Below are positions 10,662 through 25,193 of a DNA stretch of 64,000 nt, in pieces (the stretch's first letter is position 1; each line of letters begins with the position of its first letter). The stretch spans positions 80,472-144,471 of the forward strand of contig JBJCIZ010000810.1 in the NCBI GenBank assembly GCA_051294375.1. Reading direction: 5' to 3'. A program made the translations under genes and the position numbers. Source of the DNA: Paraspadella gotoi. Its lineage: Eukaryota; Animalia; Chaetognatha. The notes below the pieces were generated by a model. It did not search any database and was not told the origin of the DNA. It saw only the letters and a list, made by a program, of their open reading frames with translations.

Positions 10662-13600
10662 GTGGTCCCGCCCTATCGTCGTTTTACACAATGATGGAAT
10701 GATATCTTAGAAAGGGCCTCCAGTCGCGTTAACGCCACTGCTTCCCTTCCTTCCGTCCGCCCTATCTCGTTACACGAATTCGGTGAAATATTTTGCAAAC
10801 AGGGCCTCCGACGGGCCGGTTAAACAGACCTGCTGCAGGGCCTTTTTGGCAAAATATTAACATTGTCTTGCACTCCCCGTTACCTCTCGTCCGCCTAAAT
10901 ACTCGTACCAGCAAGTGTCGTGATATTTGAAAACAGTGGCCTCCAGGTTAACGCCCTGCTCCTTCCTCCGTACCGCCACCTATCTGCGTACGACAATGAA
11001 TTGGATATTTGAAAAAGGGCACTGCCAGCGCAGTTTGAACGCCCTCCGGGTCTTTCCTTCACTTGACCTGCGAGCGCCCTTTATTTCTACGATACAACAA
11101 ATTATGTATTAATATTCTTGAATAATAATGGCCTCGCTAACGATTTATAGCGAGCGTCGGGACCTTGCCTGAGGAAGGCCTCCTCCCAGGTCCCGGCCAT
11201 ATCTCGTACACAATTGTATATTTGAAAAAGGGCCTCCAGGCTCTGATAGCTTGCCAACCTTTGCGCCGTCCTTTTGCGCCTCCGTCACCCGCCTATCTCG
11301 CTACACTCTTCTCATTATTCTCAATATTATGAAAACAGGGCCTCCAGGTTAACGGCCCTGCTCCTTCCTCACGTTCCGCCATACTCCTACGTACACCAAG
11401 TTTGTATATTTTGACACAAAAGGCGCATCCAGCGATACTGGTTCGGATCGCGCCTGCTCCTTCCTCCGTCCGCCGTAAATCGTCGAGTCCACACAATGTT
11501 AGTATGTTGCCGCCAGATAAGGGCTCCAGTACGTCTCATAGGGAAACGGCCACACTGCTCCCATTCCTCCCCAACAAATCTCCTGCGTTGCCGCTCCGTC
11601 CATATCTCGATACCTATCATTATGTTATATCTTTGAAAAATGGCTTCCAGGTTAACGCCCTGCTCCATCTCACCCAGATCCGTTCCTAATTCGTACACAC
11701 AAATGTCTATTATTTGAATAAAGCGAGCCTCCAGGCTTAACGCTCCCATGCTCCTTCTCCGTCCGCCTATCATCGTACACAATGTTACTAATTTTAGAAA
11801 TAAGGCAGCCTCCAAGCGCTTAAATCGCCAAGACAAACTAATTTACAACCTGATTCCTTCCTCCCGTTCTACCTAGAGCCCATAATCTCTTCGTGGTTGG
11901 TAACAACCACATGTATATATTTTGAAAAAAAGGGCCTCCGAGGAGTATTAGACGCGGCCGTGCCCCTTCCTGCCGTACGGCACGCCTGAGTCTCGGTGAA
12001 GACGGAGCAGAACCGAATGGTAGTATCGCTCGTGGAGCAAGGGGCCTGCCAGGGTTGAACCGCCCGCTGCTCCTTCTCCGGTCGCGCCCTATGCTCGTAC
12101 ACAATGGCTTATGAGTTTGAAAAAAGGCGCCTCCAGGGTTGAACGCCCTCTCCTCTTACCGGTCCCGGTCCGCATTAGTCGCGTAAACACAATGTTCATG
12201 ATCTTGCGAAGAAAACAGCGGTGGCCTCCAAGGTGTGTTAGACGCCCCTGCCTCGCTGTCCTCCCGCTCGCCTATCTCGGTACACGAAGGTGGTGTTTCT
12301 CATTGCGCGTTGAAACAGGAGCGGCGGCGCGTGCCAGGTTACGCGCCGTGGCTGCCGGCTTCTACACCGCGCTTGGCGGCGCTCCGGCGCATACGTGCGT
12401 CCGCACCACGAGGAGGGTGGCGGGGATAGGCTGACCTTTCGGCGACCGGGCGTCCTAGGTAGGAAGGGGGCGTCCCCTCAACAGGTTAGAACGCCCTGCC
12501 TGCACGTTGTAGAGATCCTGGGCCTGGGTGCGGCGGTCGCGGCCTGGTGGCGCTAAGTCTCGTGCAGGCAGCGAGATAGGAAGGTGGTTATATTCTTGTG
12601 AGAGAAAGAAGGGCCGTCTGACGAGGTTACGCGCCGTGGCTGCCTGGTTCCGTCCGGGTGCGGCGGCCTTATTCTCAGGTACAGCTCTGAACCCTAGATG
12701 TGTATTCTTTGAAAGGTAAAGGGGTCCAGGCTTACCTTTTGCCCACCTAGCTCCATTACGCTCGTCCGTGCCTATCATGTTCAAGTCCACACTCAATGGT
12801 ATTATTTTTGAAAAAGGGCCTCCAGTGTTAACGCCCTGCCTCGCTTCCTCCGTCCGCGCCTATCTTCGTACACTCAATGTGGTATATTTGAAAAAGTGCT
12901 CCAGGTGTTAACGCCCTGCTCCTTCGTCCGTCCGCCTATCTCGAGCTACCACAGGATGTTATATTCTTGAGAGAAGAAGCGGGGCGCTACAGGAACGAGC
13001 AGATTAGGCGCGCCGCGCCTCGGCTCCTTCCTCGTGGGGATCCGCCGTCATCTCGTTACACCTAATGTATATTATTGAAAAATGGCTCCAGATTAACGGC
13101 CCTGCCCTTCCGGACTCGACGGTTACAAGGGCGCCGTATCTGCGGTAGCGACCCGACAGCAGTTGAGGATGGAGTATGATGTTATCGCAAGGAGCACGTT
13201 AAGACCGGTGGGCGCAGCGTGCCGCGGCATATGATAAGAATTGCTGCTGGGCCCTGCTGACCTTCCTCCAGGTCCGGCGCTCCTACTCTCGGGTAACACA
13301 GATGTCTAGGCTATATTCCTGCAACGCAAAGCGGCCTTCCAGGTTAACGCCAATGCTCCTTCTCCGTCCGCCGTATCTGTACACAATGGTATATATTGAA
13401 TACGGGCCTCCAGGTTACACTCGATCTACACCACTCGGCCTTTACTGTGTTTACCTCAAAACTGTTACTAACCTCCATTTCTCCGGTCCCTGCCGCTAAT
13501 CCAGATAACTGCTAGCACACGAATGTCACCACCAGCTATTATTTTTGATGAATAGTGGCAAAAGCCGGGGGTTCCAGACGGTTAAAACGGCGCCTGAGGC

Positions 13601-14840
13601 TAACGCGAGCAGTTCCACTGGACGTTAACCTCGCAGTCCCTTTCCCCTTGTTATTTCAAACCTTATCTCATACATTGACTAGCTCAACTCTTTTGTAGTT
13701 TTATTATTTAGTATGACGAAGCAGGAAAACGGAGTGAAAAGAGGTGCCCCAGAGGAGGGGGTTGACGCCGTTGCTCCCTTCCTCCGTCGCAGAGATGCCA
13801 TGATACCGAACCTATCTCGTACACCCAATGTGTAATATTTTGAAAAATCGGCGCTCAGGGAGTTAGAACGCCGACTGCTCCTTCCATCCGGTCCGCCTAT
13901 CTCGTACACAATGTTCATATTTTGAAAAAGGGCTTTCCAGGTTAGACGCCTGCCTCCTTGCCTACCGTCCGGCCGTATCTGCGTACACAAATTTGCATAT
14001 TTTGAAAAAGGGCCTCCAGTGTTAACGCGCCTGCTCCTTTCCCTCCGTCCGCCTATCTTCGTAGGCACATGTTTATTTTGAAAAAGGGCCTCCGAGGGTT
14101 AAGCGGCCGCTGCTCGGGCTTCCTCCGTCCGCCTAGTTCCGTACACAAGTTGTTTGTTATGAATTTGGAAATAAGGGCCTCAGGTTTAACGCCACTCTCC
14201 TTCCTCCGTCCGGCCTAATCTGCGGTAACGAAATGTGGATATATTTTGAAAAGGGCCTCACAGGGTTAACGCCAACTGGGGTCACGTGATCCTCCGTGCC
14301 GCCATATTCGCTACACAATGTTTAATATTTTTTGAAAAAAAGGGCCTCCAGGTTTAACGGCGAGCTCAATGCTTCCTTCCTCCGTCCGCCGATATCTCGT
14401 ACAACAATGTATTTTTTGAAAAAGAGGCGGCCTCCAGTGTTAGACGCCCTGGTCACTTCCTCCGTCCGCCTATCTCGTACACAATGTTATATTTTGAAAA
14501 AGGGGCCTCCAGTTAAGCCTGCTCCTTCCTCCGTCCGCCTATTCTCGTACCACAATGTTATATTTTTGAAAAAGGGCCTCCAGGTTAACGCCCTGCTCCT
14601 TCCTCCGTCCGCCTATCCTCGTACACAATTGTTATATTATGATAAAAAGGGCCTCCAGGTAACGCCCTGCTCCTTCTCCGTCCGTCCTATCTCCGCTACA
14701 CAAGTTATATTTTGAAAAAGGGCCTCCAGGGTTAACTCCCTGCTCCTTCCTCCGGTCCGCCTATTCTCGTACACAATGTTATATTTTGAAAAAGGGCCTC
14801 CAGGTTAACGCCCTTGCACTCCTTCCTCCGTCCGCCTATC
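10662..14840. repeat. Satellite array, 71-bp unit, roughly 50 noisy copies
   Basis: Consensus from the cleaner right end: TATCTCGTACACAATGTTATATTTTGAAAAAGGGCCTCCAGGTTAACGCCCTGCTCCTTCCTCCGTCCGCC. Confidence 0.9.
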
Positions 14841-15282
14841 TCTCTCTTCCTTGTTTCGTCCTTGCAATGGTTATGGATCATGCCAACATCCCACGGCCAC
14901 CCACGATTTGCGTATCACCAATTTATTCAATTACAATATAACTCTAGAAAATATTCATAAAATCTTTTACTTTGAGGTTTGAATTAATAATGACATGCAA
15001 TCCTTAATAAATACTCATGATATTTTAGTATCAATCAGACATAAAACTATTGGAGTAGTTGCTATTTTTCTAAGCATAATTTTGTTTCGCCTATTAAATC
15101 TTTTATACAAATTATTTTTTTTTAAGAATAGATTATTAAGCTACAATATATGCAAAATAAGACTCACCTTTTCTGCTGCGTCCCTGGATGCGATCAACTA
15201 ATTGTCCATTTCTCTTAATTTCCACATTCGTCAGGTTAACTCTCAGAATTATTAAATATTGTAAAATATAAGAGTCGGGACA

Positions 15283-15960
15283 AAAAAATCTTAAAAGAAT
15301 AGCGATCGAGCCTCCTCAATAATAACCAAATATTGATGCCCGATGAAACCAAAGGGATTGATGCGGATGATAACCAAATGGATTGATGCCTATGATAACC
15401 AAATATTGATGCCGATGATAACCAAATAATTGGGAAAGTAGTGATGAGTAACCATTAATTTTTGGATGCGGGAATGATAACCGAAATGATCGATGTGATT
15501 TGATATACCAAATGATTGATGTGGTAATAACCAAATGGTTTGATGGGCGGATGATAGTTCATTCATTAGAGGTGTGATGATTATCATTCATCATAATAAA
15601 ACAAACAAATACGTGTATGAGTGAAAGATAGAGAGAAAAGATGAGAGAGAGAAAGAAAGATGGAGCAGAGAGAAGATCAATGAAAGAAAGAGAGAGGAGA
15701 AAGAAGAGAATAAATCCAAGAAAATCTCGGATGTAAAATTTGGGTTTTGAGTGCAGAAGAGCCGTAGAGAAATTAAATTGGCGATAATAACAGTTAAAAA
15801 GGAAAAAAATAATCAAAAATTTTTCAAAAAACGATCACCAAGGAAATCGTACAGAGAAGATGAGAGAAAGAAGAGAGATAGAGAGAGAGACAGAGAGAGA
15901 CAGAAAGAGAGAAAGAGAAGAGGACAGACAGAGACAGAGAGAGGAGAGAAAGAAAGATAG
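15283..15960 (-). mobile_element. 3' part of a family A element with about 21-bp tandem repeats and a (GA/GACA) tract
   Basis: Reverse complement of about 24040-24504; repeat unit GATGCGATGATAACCAAATGATT-like. Confidence 0.7.
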
Positions 15961-16499
15961 AAACAATTCAGACACAAAACGTTGTCATGGTGGAGTGATA
16001 AAACAGACAACGATGACGACGAAGACTATTAAAACGCATGACATTGCATACATGTGGAAGAAGAGAACAACAAAGAAGAAAACGACAAGCAGAAGACATT
16101 GAAGAAGCAGGATGCAGAAAAAGAGTAAAAGAAAAGGACAATGACAGAAACGATTGCGACTTTAAGACGACATAATATCGCCAAAAACTTTATTAACAAC
16201 AAGAAACTGCTAATTCAAATTGTTTTGCGGCCGCAGTGGACTACCTGTATCGCCGTGTATTCTACGTGCACATGACATGACGTGACTATGACCTTACTGA
16301 CATGAACATAACTGAGTACCGGTGCAGCAGGCCAGATTCCGCCCTGTTTATATTTTTTTTAATTTCGGGATTATCTGATGGGGTTTATCTTGCGTTGGGC
16401 TTGTTACTCCATTAAAACCAGTAAAACGCAAAAAAAATTTCGCTTCAACCCTACATCAGAGTGTGAATCTCGGGCAACGCTGGTGTAAAATCCTAATAT

Positions 16500-17200
16500 T
16501 TCTTTCCCTTTTATAGGAAGAGAACCTGCATAAACAAACTCTCAAAGGTAAAAGTGGAAAAAATTTTGAAAAACCCCTCGTTCTGTTCTTTGTTATTTTT
16601 GAGTTGGTGAGTAGTTCATTGGCAAAAGCTTGTTTCTCACCTTAAAACTCAAAATCGCACTAAAATCCCGGCAATTAACCTCGGATTGCTGCGAACCTGA
16701 TGTGACCTGTAAAACTGACAATGATTAACTAAGTTAGGATAAACCTGGGTAAACGAAATATAAGAAGTCGTCAAAGAAAAATATGAAAACTAGTTCTTTC
16801 TTTGTTATTTCGAAGTGATTGACTTATCAACTGAGCTGAGGTATATATTTCTTTCTCTTAAAAACATCAAAACCGGCTAAAATCCGAGTCTGAGCAGACG
16901 TAATAGCCAAAACCTATTACTAACTAATAAAACTATTGTTCAATTTTTAATATGATAAACCTGAGTAAACGAAGTAACGTACAGAAGAAAAAAATCATTT
17001 CGGAAACCGTTCGTTAATTTCTTATATATTTTGAATCCATTTTCAATAATTTAGTACCTCTATTTGGCAAAATCAATTGGTCTCTCTAATTTTATGAATC
17101 GGCTTTAATCGCATTAACTGAGGATCAAGGAAACCTATTCTTGACTAATTGAAAACCCAATGATATTGTCGAGGATGTGTATAAACCTGGGAAACGAGGG
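16500..17200. repeat. Degenerate tandem repeat, period about 220 bp
   Basis: ATAAACCTG(G/A)G(T)AAACGA recurs near 16739, 16955 and 17181. Confidence 0.45.
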
Positions 17201-20200
17201 TGACCGTATAGTAAAAAAGAATTGTTTTTTGTAATTTTTTAATGAAAAATATGTGGACTAATATTAAGTAAAAAATTATATTACTATGTAGAAAAAAAAA
17301 GATACGCATTTGGATTTGGATATGATAAAGGTTGAGCATGTCTAGCTTTCTAACGCTCGTATCATTTATTACAATTGACAATGATATTAGAAAATGACAG
17401 TTAGAAATAAAGAAAAAAGTTTTTTATTTTAGAGAAGTAAAAGAGAGCTCGAAAGATAAGAAGAAAAAGTACGGAATTTTCGAATCTTTTTTGGTCAAAA
17501 ATCCCGGCAAGCACCAATTCATACTTGTCATTAAAACTATTGAATCGAATTCGGTTAGCATACCTTTTTCGCTCCTTTCTGAAATTTTTATTTTTTTTCC
17601 TGGAGGCATGTATCGAGAGCGTCAAAGTCTTTTGTGGTTTGCGTCGTTGCCGTTAGTGGAAAGAAGCTTGAGAAAAGCTGCTGTTTATGGTTCTGTTTGT
17701 TTTTGGTTGCGTCGGGGGGCTACCGTGTGAAATATCCTTTTTGTACATTGTGACTATTCTCATTCGATCAAAGTTTAAACGATAACGTCTGAAAAATATA
17801 GAATACACCTGTTTGTTGTGTTCTCTCGACATAGATATTGTGGTGTATTATTTTATTTGGGATTATGATGTGATTTGTGTAACCGATATGCAATACATTT
17901 CACGGACGAGAAGAGAGAGAGAGAGTTAATAGAAATTAGAGTGTGTGGAGGAATACAAGTAGTGATACAGAGCGTGATAAGACAGACGCGGCGGTAGAGT
18001 GTACTGAGAGAACTTAGCGCACGCCGAGATCCATGATCTCAGTGATACACCTCCTTCTTCATTCCCCCTCCCAGGGATTCGGGAGGACCGCAGATCACGA
18101 ATTCAGAGTTCAACCTTGAGACGACGTGTCGTGAGACTGATGCTTTGGCGAGGCGCTCTGCAACACGCACCGATTAGAGCTTTCTCTTATCCTCTGCTTC
18201 TTTATCTCACCTCACGTCCCGTGCATCTGTTGACCTGATCCATTATAAAATTCTCTCGCTCTTCTCGTCAAAAAAGTATATTATCTCACAGCCTACATTT
18301 CTCGTCACATCGTTAAAATCTTCTGGAACCTGGTGCGCAAAACAGGTACAAAAAAATAGAGTGTGTGCGGATATAGGCGTATCACGTATATTTATTAATT
18401 ATATACTTTTCGCAGCAGAAGAGAGCCAAAAGACGACAGAGGTGATCTCGATCCAGAGGAATGTGATAATATACTCCGCCACATCACGATCCACCGAACT
18501 GAGGAACCCCAAATATCGATGAGATAAGATATCCTGCATAGGTGTGATATTCAATAATATAGAGAGCACACAAAAGAATAAAATACACCACGCATCGGTT
18601 TAATGTGGACTATATCCTACTAACTAGATAAAAAAAGTATTCAAAGTAAGAATTGTCAGATCAAAATTCTTCAGTCTTAAGGTTAAGGTGCCTCTCACGA
18701 GGAAGAGTAAAAAGAAGAAACTAAAGACGGAGAATATGTTAATCAAAAATGTGTTCTCTATGACCGAAAATGAGGAGGACCAGAAAAAACCGTACACAAA
18801 ATTAATCTTCTCGAAAACTTTTTTGGTATCAATTGTGTATTTTTTAACAAATTATTAGGAGAAAGAAGTTTAAAAAAAAAAAAAAAAGAAAAAGAGCAAA
18901 AAACAAAAACGGACTGTTAAATTGGATTAAATTTAATTAATCGTCCTCGTTTCCCCAACCCAAACTTTTTTGTGCATTGCCGACAAAAAAATGACGTTCT
19001 TCTTCCAATCTTTTTTCCTCGTCGAATTCAATCTTTGATCAGCACAACGACTTCCGCCATGGCGAAAAATCTCCCATTTTTAATCGGATCTGCTTTCAGC
19101 AGATCCCGACTCTATANNNNNNNNNNNNNNNNNNNNNNNNNATTCACTTTTGTCGGTCGTCGGTCTCTATGCATTCATGCATATCATGGGCATTACATCT
19201 AGATTGTATAATTAAAAGACTCCCGTTCTGTCCTCGTCCGTCCTCGGTCGTCTCCGCGTCGCCTCCGTCCGTCCGTTGCGCTCCGTCCGTCTCGTCCTTC
19301 GTGTCCGTCCGTTCCGTCCGTCCGTCTCACCTTAGCAAAAAAATACCGAGTATAAGTGATTGGATTGGATGGATTTGAATTGAATTTTGTTGGTTGTTAG
19401 GGAAGTGTGTGATAGCTGTTATATGAAGTTATAATTTCGTCAAAATAGTTTAATGAACAAATAAAATATTTTCACTATTTGAACACCAATTACTATGGTG
19501 GGTGTGCGAGTGATTGAAATTTGATTGAGTGAAAAGTCTATTATCCTTGTCCGTCCGTCCGTCCCACCTTAGCAAAAAATACCAATTACTAGTGATTGGA
19601 TTGATGGATTGGAATGAAATTTTGTGTGTTGGTNNNNNNNNNNNNNNNNNNNNNNNNNNNNNNNNNNNNNNNNNNNNNNNNNNNNNNNNNNNNNNNNNNN
19701 NNNNNNNNNNNNNNNNNNNNNNNNNNNNNNNNNNNNNNNNNNNNNNNNNNNNNNNNNNNNNNNNNNNNNNNNNNNNNNNNNNNNNNNNNNNNNNNNNNNN
19801 NNNNNNNNNNNNNNNNNNNNNNNNNNNNNNNNNNNNNNNTCGATCGATTGAATTTTACCGCGAATCGCATCGATTTGAATTGAATTGAATTGAATTGAAT
19901 CGAATTGAATCGAGGTTCAATCCGACGTTTTTTTTCTCTCCCTCGAATCATGACGCCGTCGTCATCCCTCCCACCACCCATCATCTCTCCACCCATCACG
20001 CTACCCGCCCGTCACGCTTCCCGTCGCCGCCAACTTTGGGAATCAACCCTTCGATGATTTTCCCCCGCCCGTTTTCTCGTTTCCTATTTTCTCTAAACGA
20101 CTCGATCTTCGATCGTTTGCGTCGTAACCGGGAGTGATGACTCTTAAGTCGAATTTGATCTTCGATCAACTACACTGAGACGCACAAAAATTTCTGCTCT

Positions 20201-20540
20201 AATCCCGAATCTCGATCGCGGTGTTAAATTTTTTCTTTGCGGCGCCATTTTTAATCGCCGGCGCCACCGTCGCCGTCTCTATCTTCTAAACCCCTCATCG
20301 CCACCTTCTCTCCCTCGTTGACTACGTTCCCCCTACTCACCGGATTTTTTTTGCTTATTTTAATAAAACGATCATTTAGCCGATTTTCGATCATCATCGT
20401 CGCAATCACAAGCGGACATTTCGATTAACTCGCTTTCGCGAATCGTCTCTCTCCCCCTCCCCCCTGCGATCGCCTTATGAAATCCGGAAAACCCAACTCC
20501 TCTCCCCCCCCCCTTCGCGATGGACCGATTTTTTTCCCAA

Positions 20541-22255
20541 GAAAAACTAAAGTCGAATTTAAAAATAGCGGAAAAAAAATCCATGAAACTCAACTAAACT
20601 AATAAAACTTTCTAAAGAAATTAAAAGCGAAACAAAAAGATTCTTTTCTCCCCTTCCTCTGATGTCGATTTTTTCCTTTTTCCTTTCGACCTTAAAAGAA
20701 ATCTTAATACTCAAACCCTAGACGCCAAGAAGTTAAGAAAAGACCCATTAGTTACTAAATAATGCCAACTTCAAAAATATCACCTCGACAGTTGCTATCA
20801 CCCGCTCTCTACATCCCGGAATCGACGTCGATCTTTTTCTCTCACCGTCCCCCCCCACCTCGCCCATCCAAAAAAAAACAAACTAAGAACAAAAATAAGC
20901 AAAATTAAAAAAAAATAAATGATTAAAAAAAAAAGGTGACATTCTCCCTTACAAAAGATGAAATTTTTTTTCGTGCGAACTCGATCGCAGTTTATCTGCT
21001 AATTCTATTTCTCTCTCTCTGTGTTCCTTATTCTTTTGGATTTGACAAATCATCAACGTCAATCACCTTCACGCTCACCCTCACAGGCATTAATCACCAC
21101 CACTTGCTATCCGACTAAAAAGAGAAGAAAAAAACTTTTCTTACGAATTTGATGCCCAAATCTTTGTCGCCGTTCTCCCAACTTTGTCTCTCTCTCTATC
21201 TCTCTCTCTCTCTTTCTCTCTCTCGCCCTGTTAATCATCGCCGCTCGTCTTGAGAAATTTGAACCTATCCAAGCTGTCAGTAACTGACACAGTTGATCAA
21301 TTTGTCAAAAATTATGCCTCAGCTTTTGTCATTCAGCTACTGTAAGAAGTGAGCTCAGTCTTCACAGTTAAAAACATCATTAATCTTCTAATGCCATTTA
21401 ATGAAAAACTGAAGTCAAATTTAAAAATAGCGGAAAAAAATCCATGAAACTAAACTAAACTAATAAAACTTTCTAAAGAAATTAAAAGCGAAACAAAAAG
21501 ATTCTTTTCTCCCCTTCCTCTGACGTCGATTTTTTCCTTTTTCCTTTCAACCTTAAAAGAAATTTTAATACTCAAACCCAAGACGCCAAGAAGTTAAGAA
21601 AAGACCCATTAGTTACTAAATAATGCCAGCTTCAAAAATATCACCTCGACAGTTGCTATCACCCGCTCTCTACATCCCGGAATCGACGTCGAGCTTTTTC
21701 TCTCGCCGTCCCCTCCCACCTCGCCCATTCAAAAAAAAAAAACAACTAAGAACAAAAATAAGCAAAATTCAGAAAAATTAATGATTAAAAAAAAAAAAAG
21801 GTGACATTCTCCCTTACAAAAAAGATGAAATTTTTTTCGTGCGAACTCGATCGCAGTTTAACCGCTAATTCTATTTTTCTCTCTGTGTGTTCCTTATTCT
21901 TTTGGATTTGACAAATCACCAACGTCAATCACCTTCGCGCTCACCCTCACAGGGGTTAATTACCACCACTTGCTATCCGACTAAAAAGAGAAGAAAAAAA
22001 CTTTTCCTACAAATTTTATGCCCAAATCTTTGTCGCCGTTCTCCCAACTTCGTCTCTCTCTCTATCTCTCTCTCTCACCCCGTTAATCATCGCTGCTCGT
22101 CTTGAGAAATTTGAACCTATCCAAGCTGTCAGTAACTGACACAGTTGATCAATTTGTCAAAAATTATGCCTCAGCTTTTGTCATTCAGCTACTGTAAGAA
22201 GTGAGCTCAGTCTTCACAGTTAAAAACATCATTAATCTTCTAATGCCATTTAATG
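20541..22255. repeat. Tandem duplication of an about 860-bp unit (20541-21402 and 21403-22255)
   Basis: Both units start GAAAAACT.AAGTC.AATTTAAAAATAGCGG and end AATGCCATTTAAT. Confidence 0.9.
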
Positions 22256-23194
22256 CAAAAATGTGGCGATTCGATGGATTTGCCAACTTCGATGGAAACG
22301 GGCGTAGAGTCTTCCTTACGGCGTTATTAATTTCAAGGATTGTTTGGAACGGTTTTCGTTCAGTAAAAATGTTTCAGAACAAAGTTCTTAATTTGTTCGC
22401 CATTAAAATCTGGAACCTTAATAAAATAATCAAAGCATATAGATATTCTATATGCGTTAACAAGTAAAGGCAATAACAAAGTAATACTATCAATTAATAA
22501 ACGTTAATAACAATAAGCAATGATTAATAAGCGTTAACCAGTAAAGATGAATATCTGGTTGTAGAATGGAATCTTTATCAAAGTACAAAGAAATAATATT
22601 GGAGAGGTTCTACAAATAGTAACCATGAACTACTGCTAGTGTGCTCTAGCAAAATATGTATAAATTAAATGTTCTTTTGTCTTAACATATTGTTTATATG
22701 TTAATAGGTTATAAAGGAAAAATGGAATATCTATTTAAGAAGTACCACATCACACATCATTATTAAGTTTTTGTTATTACAGCTATTTTCTTTAACTTTC
22801 CTGATGAATAATGAATGTTATTTTATTTTTGTACTTTGACATCAGCATTTTACTATTTCCATTATATTTTGCCTCACTGGTGATTCCATTACCTCAAAAA
22901 TAAACTCTTTAAATTTCTGTAAATATTTATCACATCACTTCTTGCTCATTATTCATAAATTCATTATTCATATATTTCTTTTAGCAATTACCTATAGATT
23001 ATCATCCCCAGTCATTGTGTCTCTGTAATGTCCAGTCAAAGAGCTCCTTTCCCAAGAGTCTCAGTTAGGTTGTTATTCCTTCCCCAGCCCTTTGTTCCAC
23101 ACGATGCCACTCAGTGACATTCGAGGTCACAGTGTGACATCTTTTTCCAAGAGGAGGGCACTCGATCCTCATCCTCCTCTTCCCCCTGGTCATA

Positions 23195-24504
23195 GCTCTA
23201 TAATGATTTAGGATTTCTTCTTTGTGACGTTGTCGTCGGCGTCACGCTGTTTTTATATAAAAACTACTACGCTTTTATAGGTTTGGCTGTGACTTACCGT
23301 TTTTTTTTAAATAAAAATTATTATGAATTATGATAAAGTTTTACAAAAGTGTGCGATCATAGTAAGTTAAAAATTTAGATATGGCTTCTCATCTTGAAAT
23401 AGCTTTGATATTTTCTTATTACATTTGGATATAAGTACTTTTTGTTTGAATTTCCACTTCATTATGATTTACTGCAAAATGCAAATGGTTAAAGTACTCG
23501 TTATAATATCCAAATTAGTATATAGAAATGCATTAATATAATTTACATATTGCAGTATATAATATTGAAGATAAAATTCAAAAATTTTTTTTTAAATCTA
23601 TAATAAAAATGGGAAATCAAAGGACCTTTTTAATGAGAAGCTATATCTTAATTTTAATAGAAATAAAAATAAAATCTTTTACAAGCTATGATTGGATAAA
23701 AATTGTAACAATTTCCAATTGTAAACAATTGTAACATTTTTTCCTTTCTTTTATTTCTTTAAATTATATATATGAAATTGGTACAACCAATATAAAAATT
23801 ATCCATTCATTTAATAAATAAGCTATCTTGCCCCTGACTTTGGACAGGCTTTGGTGGTTTAGGCCTCCATCACTCTTACAATGACAAAGCAGGTCCCTGC
23901 AAGCTTTCAATCAATATATTTTTCTTTAAATTATATATGTATTTTTCTTCCTATTTTTATCAGTTGCTGCCTCTTCTGAACCATTTAAAAACGAGTTCAG
24001 GCTCTGCAGTGATTGTACAACTGCCTTCCAGCGGCTGTCCAGCTTTCTCTCTTTCTCTCTCTGTCTCTCTCTGTCTCTCTCTCTCTGTCTCTGTCTCTCT
24101 CCCTCTCTCTGTACGATCTCTTGCGTGATCGTTTTTTGAAAAATTTTGATTATTTTTTTCCTTTTAAAAACTTTTATTATCGCCATTTATTCCGCGATTT
24201 TTTCTCAATGCAAAATCCCAAATTTACATCCGAGATTTTCGTGGATTTATTCTCTTTCTTTCTCTCTCTCTCTCTTTCTCTCATACACGCATTTGTTTGT
24301 TTTATTTATGATGAATGATGATTTATTTATGATGCGTCAATGAATGACTATCATCGCATCAATGAATGACTATCATCGTATCAATGAATGACTATCATCG
24401 CATCAATCATTTGGTTATTATCACATCAATCATTTGGTTATCATCACATCGATCATTTGCTTATCATCGCATTTAGGCGAGATCCTATTCTTTTAAGATT
24501 TTTT
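23195..24504 (+). mobile_element. Family A HINE-like element lacking the 5' hairpin
   Basis: Matches 6330-7170; (CT/CTGT) tract, 21-bp repeats and 3' end GATCCTATTCTTTTAAGATTTTTT shared with 15283 and 56553. Confidence 0.7.
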
Positions 24505-24930
24505 CTAATACTATTCCGGCCAGGGACTTTTCCTCAATAAACATTATCGTTGCGATATGCATCTTCTTCAGGTTAGTATTAGAGAATTTGGTTTAGAATT
24601 ATGTTGTCATTAGTAGAGATGTGGACACGATCCGGAAAGCGTAAGCGAACACTGTGGAAGCGGCCGATTTTTGAAGAACCCGAAACCGGGAGCGATAGAA
24701 AAATTGAGAATAAAGGATTGAACCCGGAAGCTATAATAACCCTGCGTGTTCGCTTCCTGGTCATTTGTTTTTATTGGTTAGAAATGAAAGGTATTTAATG
24801 TATTAAAATCTTTGCAACCCCCTGCTCTTTCTTGATTTTTCTTTTAAAAATTTGTTTTTAATATTTATTTTCAACATTTAAAATTGTTTGCTCCTAATTT
24901 TTTTATTCAATTTTTCTTATTCTCTTCTTT

Positions 24931-25190
24931 TGGTGACAACAACAACGACAACAACAACCACCTTAACGACTCTTAAACTTACCTAAATCGTGACCGTACG
25001 ACTTAAGGTCAAATAGTTAATTGACCACTAGATTCGTTTCGACTCTTATTGTTATTTTTACTATTGTCTTTTCTCTTTTTGTTATTGTCGTTTTTCTCTC
25101 TGAAAATGATTTTGATCATTACATGTTGTAAATAAATTCGTGAAACGTCTTCTTATTTTCTTCTTTAAATTCCTATCAAGTCATTTACCA
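24931..25190 (+). repeat. 5' LTR (260 bp)
   Basis: TGGTGAC...TTACCA, repeated at 29951-30209 and 34824-35082. Confidence 0.95.
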
Positions 25191-25193
25191 AAG

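Noticed and set aside
10662-14840. CRISPR-like array
   Set aside because: Units are contiguous with no unique spacers; variation is insertion noise; no cas genes; eukaryotic context
17880-18760. Unique GC-richer sequence as a possible gene
   Set aside because: Looks like low-quality raw read; no ORF or motif can be supported
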